Below are positions 18,674 through 27,901 of a stretch of DNA of 64,000 nt, one piece after another. Under the pieces are notes generated by a model, which saw only the letters and a list, made by a program, of their open reading frames with translations, did not search any database and was not told where the DNA came from. The number at the start of each line of letters is the position of its first letter. Position 1 is the first letter of the stretch. Source of the stretch: Coleofasciculus sp. B1-GNL1-01 (lineage in GTDB: Bacteria; Cyanobacteriota; Cyanobacteriia; Cyanobacteriales; Coleofasciculaceae); assembly GCA_040220235.1 (NCBI GenBank), contig JAVJTO010000096.1, one strand, 5' to 3'. The translations under genes were made by a program, and so were the position numbers.

Positions 18674-19045
18674 TCATTTCTTGTTGGCTTCCCGTTGCCT
18701 TCTGTTTTCTATCAGTTTGACTCGAACGGCTTCGTAGCCAGCACGGGGAGGAGCAGCCGCAATCCGAGCCAAGCGATCGCGGTTGCGTTCTTCCCAATAC
18801 TGTCGAATTTCTTCTGCCATTTGCAAAACGTCTTGATACTCTGCCTCTACCTCTACTTGATGGGCTTCAATATAGGCAAGAACTCCATTCATCTGCTCAT
18901 CAGTCAAATTGAAGACATCGCGAATGTACTTGTGTGGATAGTCGGCTTTGAGATAATCGATCACGTCATAGAGAGTGATCCGGGTACCCGCGATCGTTAA
19001 TCCCCGTTCAGTACGGATAATATATTCGTTACCAGCGTTCGTCAT
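18674..19045 (-). CDS. DUF433-family antitoxin-like protein
   Basis: IIRTERGLTIAGTRITLYDV...LTDEQ...LAYI pattern. Confidence 0.85.
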   Translation of the reverse strand: MTNAGNEYIIRTERGLTIAGTRITLYDVIDYLKADYPHKYIRDVFNLTDEQMNGVLAYIEAHQVEVEAEYQDVLQMAEEIRQYWEERNRDRLARIAAAPPRAGYEAVRVKLIENRRQREANKK

Positions 19046-19103
19046 TCCTATCTTCTACGGTAAGGAAATCCCTGATGTCGTTTTCAGTCTCCATCATAGC
19101 CCT

Positions 19104-19318
19104 CTCCTCGGCTAAGTCTCTCTGGCTCCAAAAACTATTACGCTTAACCACTCGCTTGACCCGTTCGATATACTGGGGGGAAATTATTCGCGATCGCGAC
19201 ATGACTAATCCGTGAATGAAACTAATCACATCATAATCTGCTTAATCATGACTTCAAGGGGATTGAGTCAGAAGTTGCTTATAAGTCAGTCATGAGTGTA
19301 TAGCTTGTTGGTGGGTTA
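19104..19318 (-). pseudogene. Duplicated 5' fragment and upstream region of the HTH-AAA_35 gene (repeat copy 2)
   Basis: MSRSRIISPQYIERVKRVVKRNSFWSQRDLAEE matches the N-terminus of 16220..17503, then diverges abruptly. Confidence 0.85.
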
Positions 19319-19439
19319 CGGCGAGATAGTTATTAAACAGTCATTCGTGCTGATTAAATTCCCGCCTAACCCACCCTACGTGGCACACCCAATTTTATGA
19401 ATTAGGATTAAACTGTAGGGGCGCACCGACGTGCGCCCT
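19309..19439. repeat. Two REP-like palindromes
   Basis: GGTGGGTTACGGCG...CGCCTAACCCACCCTAC and GTAGGGGCGCAC...GTGCGCCC. Confidence 0.7.
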
Positions 19440-19626
19440 TTTTTCACACCAATGTACGCCCCATTCAACCGTAACTTTCCTCTCACAATAAGCAACACCC
19501 TCATAAACTTCGAGCCTAAAATTAAGAGTCATTCCTAGAATCTTGATAGGCTTTGACCTTTTCGTATAAACTAGCAACAAACCTAGCAATTGAGTAGCCT
19601 TTCCCAATTATTGGTGTCATAATTTA

Positions 19627-20076
19627 TCAATTATCATCCTCCTCAAGCAACGCTGAATCTAACAATCGCTGCCAATCCTCATCGGTTGGCAATAAGCCTT
19701 GATATTTAATGCGCTGCATAATCAAAATATTATGACCCCAAGGAATTTCTGCAACAAGCTGTTTCAGAAATTCAGGTGCTTCAGCATAGGCTTCATAAAA
19801 CTGCTTGATTAACCACAAATTGCGCGGTGAAAATCCAGTTATTTGAGGAAATTCAGCCTTGAGGTCAGCCAATAGCCGTTCTACGACTGCCTTGCCCCAT
19901 CCTAACGCCTCCTGCCGCTCTACAATCAACTGCCCCAAAGACCAATACAAGCGAATCAGCGATCGATTAACTGCCCGCGCCGCCTCAATCCGACTTTGAA
20001 CAACCTGAATTTTAATGTCCCGGAGGAAATCCTGATAGGCGCGATCAAAAGAAGGTTTAATGGTACTCATGTTCAA
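19627..20076 (-). pseudogene. DUF1016/YhcG-family protein with an internal deletion of the PD-(D/E)XK nuclease domain
   Basis: AARAVN..LI.LYW..G, WGKAVVE, GFSPRNL and IPWGHNI N-domain motifs, joined directly to a short LLPTDEDWQ tail. Confidence 0.75.
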
Positions 20077-20239
20077 AACCCTGGATTACTGCGATGACTC
20101 GCTAATCTTACAGCCTATCCCTAGAATAGCCGCGATATCCCTACGGAATTAATGGAGGTGTTGAAAGCGCGATCGCACGTTTTTGACATCTAAATTACCC
20201 TTCGTCGGGACACGCTCCCCTGATACCCTGTTATTTCCT

Positions 20240-20779
20240 TTAGTTTTGCCATGTTGCATCTAGGGTAAAGTTACAAGAATCTTGGAGAATACAAACATCA
20301 TTTACTTGTATTAAATTACCTGTACAGAATATCGGAATGCGTTCTTGATACGCTTTAATCGCCAAAATATAATCACGTCCGCTTAATTCGGTCTGAATTT
20401 TACAGATTTGATTGTTGACGGCTCCAAATAGTGTAATTTGTCCGATTAATTCAGTCTTGTTTGCAGGCTGAATTTGCATCACTACTCCCTGAACCTTGAC
20501 AGCATTGACTGTTGCATTTAATAAATGGCTGGGTTCTTGACCTGTAATCCTTGCGTACAGGACAACGGGATCGAGATCGGCTTCATTCTCCCATTGGATC
20601 GTGCCTAAATCATGATTGACTCGGACTTTAGCAAAATAGTCTGGATTTTTTAAGGGAGTAAATATACCTGTAAATTCTATGATTTGACTAATATCAACTA
20701 TGCCCTCAACGCCATCATCGAATCGTAGATGGAGTTGATATCCTGCTAAAGGTTGAACATCGACAATATCTTTTAGCAT
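20240..20779 (-). CDS. DUF2442-family antitoxin fused to an additional C-terminal domain
   Basis: MLKDIVDVQPL..YQLHLRFDDG..G.VD...GTIQWENEADLDP..LY, plus about 90 extra residues. Confidence 0.8.
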   Translation of the reverse strand: MLKDIVDVQPLAGYQLHLRFDDGVEGIVDISQIIEFTGIFTPLKNPDYFAKVRVNHDLGTIQWENEADLDPVVLYARITGQEPSHLLNATVNAVKVQGVVMQIQPANKTELIGQITLFGAVNNQICKIQTELSGRDYILAIKAYQERIPIFCTGNLIQVNDVCILQDSCNFTLDATWQN

Positions 20780-20782
20780 GGC

Positions 20783-20833
20783 TTACTCTAAAGGAATGAT
20801 TTTGTTTAACGGTTGATTCGTTTGGGCGATCGC
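20783..20833 (-). pseudogene. 3' remnant of a DUF4160-family toxin, beginning at a HIP1 site
   Basis: AIAQTNQPLNKIIPLE* ends 3 bp before the DUF2442 ATG and resembles the C-terminus of DUF4160 proteins, the usual DUF2442 partner. Confidence 0.6.
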
Positions 20834-20995
20834 ACTTTCTTATACATCTAAATTGCCGTTGGTAGGGGCACGATACCATCGTGCCCTGCTATCAGACTGG
20901 TTAAGGTGCGTTACGCTTCGCTAACACACCCTACAGATAGAGCCTTTGCGTAATCCAAATCTTGAGCGGGTAACGCAACCCGTTATCATGATGTT

Positions 20996-23446
20996 ATGGG
21001 AAGAAGCAACACCTCTGGTCACACCACCGTTGTCGGGACTCACCCCTACCTTGAACTCAACAATCAAGGTCAAATCCAGCGCTTTTATCTCAACCAAGAC
21101 ACCCATACACTGGGACGCGATCGCACTTTCTCTAACCTCCCCATCCCTCCCAGTTGGGGCGTTATCTCTAACCGCCACGCCATCTTACGCAAAGAGGGTG
21201 AAGACTATCGTATTTTCGATGGCGATGGTCAACGTCCCAGTACCAATGGTATTTTTATCAACAAAACCCGAATCAACACCAGCCAAGGCTATCTCCTCCA
21301 AAGCGGTGTACAACTGGAAATTGGTCAAGATCCCCACAACTACATCCTCCTCACCTATACCAATCCCAATCGCAGCCAACTCACCGTCCAACCCAGTAAA
21401 CAGCGCCTATCCCTTCAAGGATTACGGGAGTGGCCCGTGGAATTGGGACGGGAACCGACTCCTGGACGCTACGCCGCCATCCAACTTGACGCGCCCACCG
21501 TCTCCCGCCTACACGCCGTTATCACTCCATTCCCCCAAGGTGGCTATGTCTTAGAAGACCGTAGCACCAATGGTACTTTCCTGAACGAAAAACTGATCAA
21601 TACTAGCGTTCCCCTCCAGGATGGCGATACCATCCGCATCGGACCCTTTAGCCTACTACTACGCCAAGACACCCTGGAATTAGTGGATCGAGGCAATTTT
21701 ATTCGCCTCGACGCCCATCGCTTAGTGCGTCAGGTTAAAGATAAACAGGGGCAAACCAAAACCATCCTCAGTCACATCTCTCTCCCCATTGAACCGGGAC
21801 AATTTGTCGCCTTGGTGGGCGGAAGTGGTACGGGGAAATCTACCCTATTAAAAACCCTCTTAGGCATTGAACCCACCCAGGAAGGTGCCGTTTTTCTCAA
21901 TGGCGACAACCTGCGACAGAATTTTAACCTCTATCGGTCTCAAATTGGCTATGTCCCCCAAGATGATATCGTCCATCCGGATTTAACTGTTGCTGAAGTC
22001 CTCACCTACTCCTGTCGGTTACGATTACCCCCGGATACCCATGTCAACGCGATCGTCGATCGCACTCTTGACCAAGTTAAGCTAGAGTTTGTCCGCAACA
22101 GTTTTGTCCGGGATTTGAGTGGGGGACAACGCAAACGGGTGAGTATCGCCGTGGAACTCCTGGCTGATCCCAAACTCTTTTTCCTGGATGAACCCACATC
22201 TGGACTTGACCCCGGATTGGACAAAGAGATGATGCAACTCTTACGGGAACTCGCCCATCAGGGGCGCACCATCCTCCTCGTCACCCATGCAACCGCCAAT
22301 ATTGAAGTCTGCGATCGCATCGCGTTTCTGGGTCGCGGTGGACATCTGTGCTACTTTGGTCCCCCGCAAGAGGCGATGGACTTCTTTGAAATGCCCTCTG
22401 GTGACTTAAAATACTTTGCCGATATTTACATCAAACTCGACCAAGGCAAAACTCAATCAGAAAATGAGCAAACTGTCAAGCATTGGACTGAGAAATTTTT
22501 GCATCATTCCGCCGCCTATCAAAGCTACATTCAAGCCTCCCTAAGTCCAGGAAAAGTCACGCCATCCCAACCCCCACCCAGTTCAGGAAGCGGGAGTTCT
22601 CCCCTAAACCAACTCTGGCTGCTAAGTAAACGCTACCTAAAACTAATTCTTCGCGATCGCCGCAGTCTCGCCCTCTCCTTACTCACCGCCCCAATTGGTA
22701 TTGGCTTAATTGTCCTCACGTTAGCGGGTAAAACCCCTTTAGCTGAACTTGACACCCTAGAGATAACCCAAGCGCCTCTCGCCTTACGAGTCCTATTTAT
22801 TTTTACCTGTGCAGCCATTTTAGTTGGACTCTTAAGTTCAGTCCAAGAAATTGTCAAAGAATCCAGTATTTATGCTAGAGAACGATTAGTTAATTTAGGC
22901 ATTTTTCCCTATCTGGGGTCAAAATTCCTGATCCGTTCAGGTTTAGCGATTCTGCAAACTCTTTTGATGGTTCTGGTTATTTTAGTGGGGTTTCAATCGC
23001 CTAATCCGGAAATAATTCCCTGGTCAATTGGTTTATCTTTAACTACATTTTTAACGTTAATGGCTACCTTGAGTTTAGGACTCTTGGTGTCCGCCTTAGT
23101 CACCAATGAAACCGAGGCAAATAATAGCCTATCCTTACTCTTTCTACCCCAAATTATCTTTTCTGGCGTTCTCTTTGAACTGACTGGTTTTGCCCGTAAA
23201 CTCTCCTGGTTAACCATCAGTCGTTGGTCAGTGGGCGCTTATGGTGCTTTAGTGGATGTCAATGCCATGGTACCGGAACAAACACCTCTACCTGGAATGG
23301 AACCGCTTCCCCTTCCCTTTGAACCGACGCCCGTTTATGATCCAACCTGGGACAACCTGAGACTTAACTGGGGTATCCTTTGTGTCCATACCGTTGTTTA
23401 TCTGGCGATCGCGCTTTGGTTACACAAGCGTAAGGATATTTTGTAA
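20996..23446 (+). CDS. FHA-FHA-ABC transporter (fused ATPase/ABC-2 permease, Rv1747-like architecture)
   Basis: Two FHA domains (LGR...SNRHA...STNG; LGR...SRLHA...STNGT); GGSGTGKS, LSGGQ and FLDEPTSGLD motifs; multi-TM permease. Confidence 0.95.
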   Translation: MGRSNTSGHTTVVGTHPYLELNNQGQIQRFYLNQDTHTLGRDRTFSNLPIPPSWGVISNRHAILRKEGEDYRIFDGDGQRPSTNGIFINKTRINTSQGYLLQSGVQLEIGQDPHNYILLTYTNPNRSQLTVQPSKQRLSLQGLREWPVELGREPTPGRYAAIQLDAPTVSRLHAVITPFPQGGYVLEDRSTNGTFLNEKLINTSVPLQDGDTIRIGPFSLLLRQDTLELVDRGNFIRLDAHRLVRQVKDKQGQTKTILSHISLPIEPGQFVALVGGSGTGKSTLLKTLLGIEPTQEGAVFLNGDNLRQNFNLYRSQIGYVPQDDIVHPDLTVAEVLTYSCRLRLPPDTHVNAIVDRTLDQVKLEFVRNSFVRDLSGGQRKRVSIAVELLADPKLFFLDEPTSGLDPGLDKEMMQLLRELAHQGRTILLVTHATANIEVCDRIAFLGRGGHLCYFGPPQEAMDFFEMPSGDLKYFADIYIKLDQGKTQSENEQTVKHWTEKFLHHSAAYQSYIQASLSPGKVTPSQPPPSSGSGSSPLNQLWLLSKRYLKLILRDRRSLALSLLTAPIGIGLIVLTLAGKTPLAELDTLEITQAPLALRVLFIFTCAAILVGLLSSVQEIVKESSIYARERLVNLGIFPYLGSKFLIRSGLAILQTLLMVLVILVGFQSPNPEIIPWSIGLSLTTFLTLMATLSLGLLVSALVTNETEANNSLSLLFLPQIIFSGVLFELTGFARKLSWLTISRWSVGAYGALVDVNAMVPEQTPLPGMEPLPLPFEPTPVYDPTWDNLRLNWGILCVHTVVYLAIALWLHKRKDIL

Positions 23447-23507
23447 ACCCTAACTTTTCAAGAGACTAGATACTTTGTCAGAAAAAGAACAAAAGTGATG
23501 GTTATAA

Positions 23508-23649
23508 TTATTCGTTGCTTTGCCAATCTTCAATTTTTAAATCCTGTACCCGATTGAACTCTCGAATATTATGAGTAATCAATGTCAGATTGTGAGCTAA
23601 GGCAATTGCAGCATTGCAATTATGGGCAATCGTTGGGACATGATATCAT
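23508..23649 (-). pseudogene. vapC: Internally deleted VapC (PIN) toxin
   Basis: An ATG overlaps the antitoxin stop (ATGA). Only the C-terminal AAIALAHNLTLITHNIREFNRVQDLKIEDWQSNE* remains. Confidence 0.8.
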
Positions 23650-23852
23650 AGGAACTCACGCACCTCATATTCACCTTGGGAGGGTCGCTTCAAATCAGGA
23701 ATGCTCCCTGCTGTATTTTGTAGGATAGAGAGCCATTCTGTTTTTTGGATTTGAATAATTACGGTTACATCCTGGTTTTTGAGTTCATCAGGCAGCTGTA
23801 GTTGTAAGAGTCCATCTGAACCGATGTGGGATTTCAGGGTAATTGGTTGCAT
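23646..23852 (-). CDS. Small VapB-like antitoxin
   Basis: MQPITLKSHIGSDGLLQLQLP...TAGSIPDLKRPSQGEYEVRE; upstream of the PIN remnant. Confidence 0.75.
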   Translation of the reverse strand: MQPITLKSHIGSDGLLQLQLPDELKNQDVTVIIQIQKTEWLSILQNTAGSIPDLKRPSQGEYEVREFL

Positions 23853-24099
23853 TTGTTTTCTTCTGTTTTTCTAGGATTAGTTTCGTTTCTAAGCTGTTCG
23901 GACTTGAAACCTTATTATCGACAACAGTGAAATCTTTGTCATGCGATCATCCTGCTCGCTACCCATTCCGAATTTAAATGCGCGATAGTTTACTACTTCA
24001 GTATAAATCAGGAGCCAGACCTCAAGTGTATTGGCAACATAATTGGGTCTGACTCTTTTGATGATTAATGTGATGCACCTCAATTAATCACAACTTAAC

Positions 24100-26682
24100 T
24101 TAAATATGAAGGGGTGGCTTCGTCACCTTCAACCCGGCTTCTTCTTGCACATATTCCTCAATGTCAATCGTGACTGGTTCAACCTTCCAGATCTCTTGAC
24201 AATACTCTCGGATCGTGCGGTCTGAGGAAAACTTCCCAGTGCGAGCTGTATTCAAAATGGACATCCGAATCCAATTCTCTTGGTCACGATAGGCGTGACT
24301 GACACGATCTTGGCAATCGATATAGGATTGATAGTCAGCAAACAACAGGTACTCGTCTTTGTAGAGGAGTGAATCCACAATTGGCTTAAACAAGTCCGGA
24401 TGCTCAGGACAGAAGTCACCTGAAGCAATGCGCTCAATCACTTCTTTTAATTGAGCATTACTATGGTAGTAGTCCATCGGGTTGTAGCCCCGGGATTTCA
24501 AGTCATAGACCTCTTGTGCGGTTAAACCAAATAAGAAGAAATTATCAGCCCCTACAGCTTCCCGAATCTCAATATTTGCTCCATCTAGGGTGCCAATAGT
24601 TAGCGCTCCATTCAGGGCAAACTTCATATTGCCTGTGCCGGAAGCTTCTTTACCTGCCATGGAAATTTGCTCGGACAGATTTGCCGCCGGGTAAATTTTC
24701 TGACCCAAGGAGACAGAAAATCCTTCCATAAACACCACTTTAATCCGACCAGCGACATCGGGGTCGTTGTTGACCACTTTAGCCACAGCATTAATCAACC
24801 GGATCACCAACTTCGCCATATAATAGCCTGGAGCTGCCTTGCCTGCAAAAATGAAGGTTCGGGGCAGAATTTCGATGCCCGGATTGCGCTTAATCCGGTT
24901 GTAGAGGGTAATGATAAACAAGACATCGAGCAACTGACGCTTGTATTCATGTAATCGCTTCACCTGGACATCAAACATGGAATTGGGATCGACTTCCACG
25001 TCATTAAACAGCAAAATATAATCCACTAACTCTTGCTTGTGCTGCTGCTTAATCTCGACAAACCGTTGGCGAAACTCTGGATCATCGGCAAAGGCTTCCA
25101 GTTTTTGCAACTCTTGCAGGTGAGTCACCCAATTGTCACCGATTTTTTCCGTGATTAAGTTGGAAAGTTGGGGATTACTCAGTAAGAGCCAGCGACGTGG
25201 GGTAATGCCATTGGTTTTGTTGTTGAATCGTTCGGGGAACATTTCATAGAAATCGTGCAGCACTCGCTGCTTGAGCAACTCTGTGTGGAGTGCGGCGACG
25301 CCGTTAATGCTATGGCTACCAAGACAAGCTAAATGTGCCATGCGGACGAATTTTTCCCCACCTTCCTCAATCAGGGACATGCGTTGTACTCGCTCCCCAT
25401 CACCCGGATATTTCACTTTGATCTGTTCCAGGAAGCGGTGATTAATTTCGTAGATAATTTCTAGATGTCGAGGAAGCAAACGCTCGAATAAGCTGACGGG
25501 CCAACGCTCTAGGGCTTCGGCTAGCAGGGTATGGTTGGTATAGCCAAAGGTGTGCTTGGTGATGTACCAGGCTCGGTTCCATCCCAATTGATATTTATCC
25601 ACCAACAACCGCATTAACTCGGCAATCCCAATCGAGGGATGGGTGTCATTGAGTTGGATGGCGATTTTTTCGTGGAACTGGTCAAAATTTCGGTGAGTGC
25701 GGCGGTAGGTATGAATGATGTCTTGTAGAGAACAGCTCACGAAGAAATACTGCTGTTCCAAGCGCAGTTGTTGACCTTGAGAAGTATTATCGTTGGGATA
25801 CAGGACTTTTGAGATATTCTCGGAGAATATCTTGTCTGTCACCGCACCCGAATAGTCTCCACTGTCAAATACTTGGAAGTTAAACTCTTCGGAGGCTCCG
25901 GCTCGCCACAGCCGTAGCGTATTGACGGTGTTGTTATGGTATCCCGGTACAGGGGTATCGTAGGGGGTTCCTAAGACTTTGCGATCGGGAATCCAACGCA
26001 CCCGATACTGACCCTTCTCATCATGATACCCTTCGGTATGTCCGCCAAACTTGACGACAACGGTTAATTCGGGACGGCGGATTTCCCAAGGGTTGCCGAA
26101 ACGCAGCCATTTATCAGGATGTTCGACTTGAGCCCCTTCTTCAATACGCTGATCGAAGATACCAAATTCATAGCGAATTCCATAGCCAACGGCGGGAATT
26201 TCTAAGGTGGCGAGGGAATCCAGAAAACAGGCGGCTAAACGCCCTAACCCGCCATTTCCCAGTCCAGGTTCGGGTTCGAGTGCCATTAAGTCATCCAGCT
26301 TTAATCCGGATTCTTCTAAGGCTTGACACACTCGGTCGTACATATTCAGGTTGAGCAAGTTATTGCTTAACTGACGACCCATTAAAAACTCTGCTGAGAG
26401 ATAATAAACGGACTTGACCTCTTTTTGCAGGTAGGTTGTCGCGGTATTAATCCACCGATGCAGCAAGCGATCGCGTACCGTGTAAGCCAGAGCCATGTAG
26501 TAATCGTAGGGGGTAGCTAAGAACTCGTTCTTGCCCTGGATATAGTACAAGTTATCGGCAAAGGCACGTTTTAGCGTCTCTACCGTCATCCCGGTGCGAT
26601 CGTCTTCTACTTGAATTTCCGGGAGGCAGACATTCGACTGGATGGGTTGATCGCTATTGGGTTCAAAAACTTGGTTATTCAT
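24100..26682 (-). CDS. glgP: Glycogen/alpha-glucan phosphorylase
   Basis: [30 protein letters not shown] and [10 protein letters not shown] (PLP lysine) motifs. Start placed at ATG26682. Confidence 0.97.
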   Translation of the reverse strand: MNNQVFEPNSDQPIQSNVCLPEIQVEDDRTGMTVETLKRAFADNLYYIQGKNEFLATPYDYYMALAYTVRDRLLHRWINTATTYLQKEVKSVYYLSAEFLMGRQLSNNLLNLNMYDRVCQALEESGLKLDDLMALEPEPGLGNGGLGRLAACFLDSLATLEIPAVGYGIRYEFGIFDQRIEEGAQVEHPDKWLRFGNPWEIRRPELTVVVKFGGHTEGYHDEKGQYRVRWIPDRKVLGTPYDTPVPGYHNNTVNTLRLWRAGASEEFNFQVFDSGDYSGAVTDKIFSENISKVLYPNDNTSQGQQLRLEQQYFFVSCSLQDIIHTYRRTHRNFDQFHEKIAIQLNDTHPSIGIAELMRLLVDKYQLGWNRAWYITKHTFGYTNHTLLAEALERWPVSLFERLLPRHLEIIYEINHRFLEQIKVKYPGDGERVQRMSLIEEGGEKFVRMAHLACLGSHSINGVAALHTELLKQRVLHDFYEMFPERFNNKTNGITPRRWLLLSNPQLSNLITEKIGDNWVTHLQELQKLEAFADDPEFRQRFVEIKQQHKQELVDYILLFNDVEVDPNSMFDVQVKRLHEYKRQLLDVLFIITLYNRIKRNPGIEILPRTFIFAGKAAPGYYMAKLVIRLINAVAKVVNNDPDVAGRIKVVFMEGFSVSLGQKIYPAANLSEQISMAGKEASGTGNMKFALNGALTIGTLDGANIEIREAVGADNFFLFGLTAQEVYDLKSRGYNPMDYYHSNAQLKEVIERIASGDFCPEHPDLFKPIVDSLLYKDEYLLFADYQSYIDCQDRVSHAYRDQENWIRMSILNTARTGKFSSDRTIREYCQEIWKVEPVTIDIEEYVQEEAGLKVTKPPLHI

Positions 26683-27224
26683 AGACTGGTTGTTACTGAT
26701 GACACGATTTAATATCGTTCCCCCTGCTACTCTAGTCTCTAAAATTGGCGATGCCAAGGTATCAGACGTTGGGGTTTGCTTTCGCTCTATCCGTCAGCTT
26801 AACCGCATCAGACCGCGATCCGGAACGTCTGTGTAAAAATCTGTTATGCCTTGGCGCTAAGTGGTTGGTGGAGTCTTTTCCTCTTCAGGTGCGATCGCGC
26901 TCGTAAACTGCTCGGTATAATCTCTCCTAACCAAAAATTGATGTAATCCCCTTTTTAGCTGGGGTACTTTTTCCTTCTACCCCTTCTGCCCTAGAGGATT
27001 ACCGAATTACTGTCCTCCCCGTCTTCTGTCTTGGGATAGATGAAGGATCACCTTTTGGAGACTTCTACTAGCGCCGCTTCCTACCCAACCTCTATTTTGT
27101 ATGGATAGTTACCAAAACTATTTGTTAAATTTCTGGATTTTAGGCTGATTTTATATCAAAAGATACTTTATGAGGCTATGGAATTGCTATACCATCCATT
27201 CTAGCTAATCAGTCTAGCTGCCAA

Positions 27225-27267
27225 ATCATAATCATTTACTGAACTATCCTTCAGTAACATTCGCTAC
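27225..27267 (-). promoter_or_regulatory. Possible NtcA-dependent promoter oriented toward glgP
   Basis: GTA-N8-TAC at 27254-27267, followed on the minus strand after 23 nt by TATGAT. Confidence 0.35.
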
Positions 27268-27397
27268 TTATACTTCCCGGTTATGACTTTGGACAGAGGT
27301 TCTGCGGGAACATTTCTACTGACTGATGACTTGTCTTAGTTAGCGATTCGCGGATCTGTGGTTAGCAACTGTTGATGAAATCAGGAGATAGGCAATT

Positions 27398-27601
27398 ATG
27401 GGAGTCAAAACTTGTCTTTGTTGTGGTCATCCCCTCTTACGCCACGTAAGACGGCAAGGTATTTATTGGTTTTGCACAGTTTGCCATCAGGAGATGATTC
27501 CCCTGAAGCCAAGCCAGTCACCTATTCGTATCGATACTCTCAAGCTTATGCCAAACAGTCAGATTTTGCGATCGCGTCCCCTAGAAACCGTTCAATCTTA
27601 G
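27398..27601 (+). CDS. Small Cys-rich (zinc-ribbon-like) cyanobacterial protein
   Basis: CLCCGHPLLRHVR..GIYWFCTVCHQEM; AGGAG RBS. Confidence 0.75.
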   Translation: MGVKTCLCCGHPLLRHVRRQGIYWFCTVCHQEMIPLKPSQSPIRIDTLKLMPNSQILRSRPLETVQS

Positions 27602-27616
27602 CCTATCTTATGCCTT

Positions 27617-27768
27617 TAAGCTGTTCGGCATTTAAACCTTAATATCAATAATGGCGCAATCCTTGCCGTAGTGCGTTTAGCGAAGCCATGCCGCAGGCTT
27701 TGCATCTTGCTCGCTGCATTGAGCATCTTGCTCGCTACTAATACCCAATTTAAATGCATGACAGCTTA
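27617..27768. mobile_element. MITE with TAAGCTGT..GCATTTAAA TIRs (copy 1)
   Basis: TAAGCTGTTCGGCATTTAAA ... TTTAAATGCATGACAGCTTA; a second, inverted and truncated copy lies at 61378-61489. Confidence 0.8.
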
Positions 27769-27798
27769 TTCTGAGTTTTCACAGTATATGGCATCTCT

Positions 27799-27881
27799 GT
27801 AGGGGCGGGTTTCACTACTATCTTTTCGGTTGTACCCAGATGTAACTAAACCCGTCCAGACGTTGCATGCAACGTCTCTAC
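27799..27881. repeat. REP-like palindromes
   Basis: GTAGGGGCGGGTTT...AAACCCGTCC fused to AGACGTTGCATGCAACGTCTCTAC. Confidence 0.75.
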
Positions 27882-27901
27882 CCAGGTTTTTAACGGACTA
27901 A

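Noticed and set aside
19395..19607. 70-aa ORF
   Set aside because: It runs through a REP palindrome and has no credible start.
17600..20900. Integron cassette array or prophage
   Set aside because: No integrase, attC-like sites or phage structural genes were recognised; only TA remnants and REP/HIP1 repeats.
20946..21554. 202-aa alternative-frame ORF
   Set aside because: It overlaps the well-supported FHA-ABC gene; the Pro/Ser/Thr-rich composition is typical of a shadow frame.
23889..24083. 64-aa ORF downstream of glgP
   Set aside because: TTG start, no RBS and no motif.
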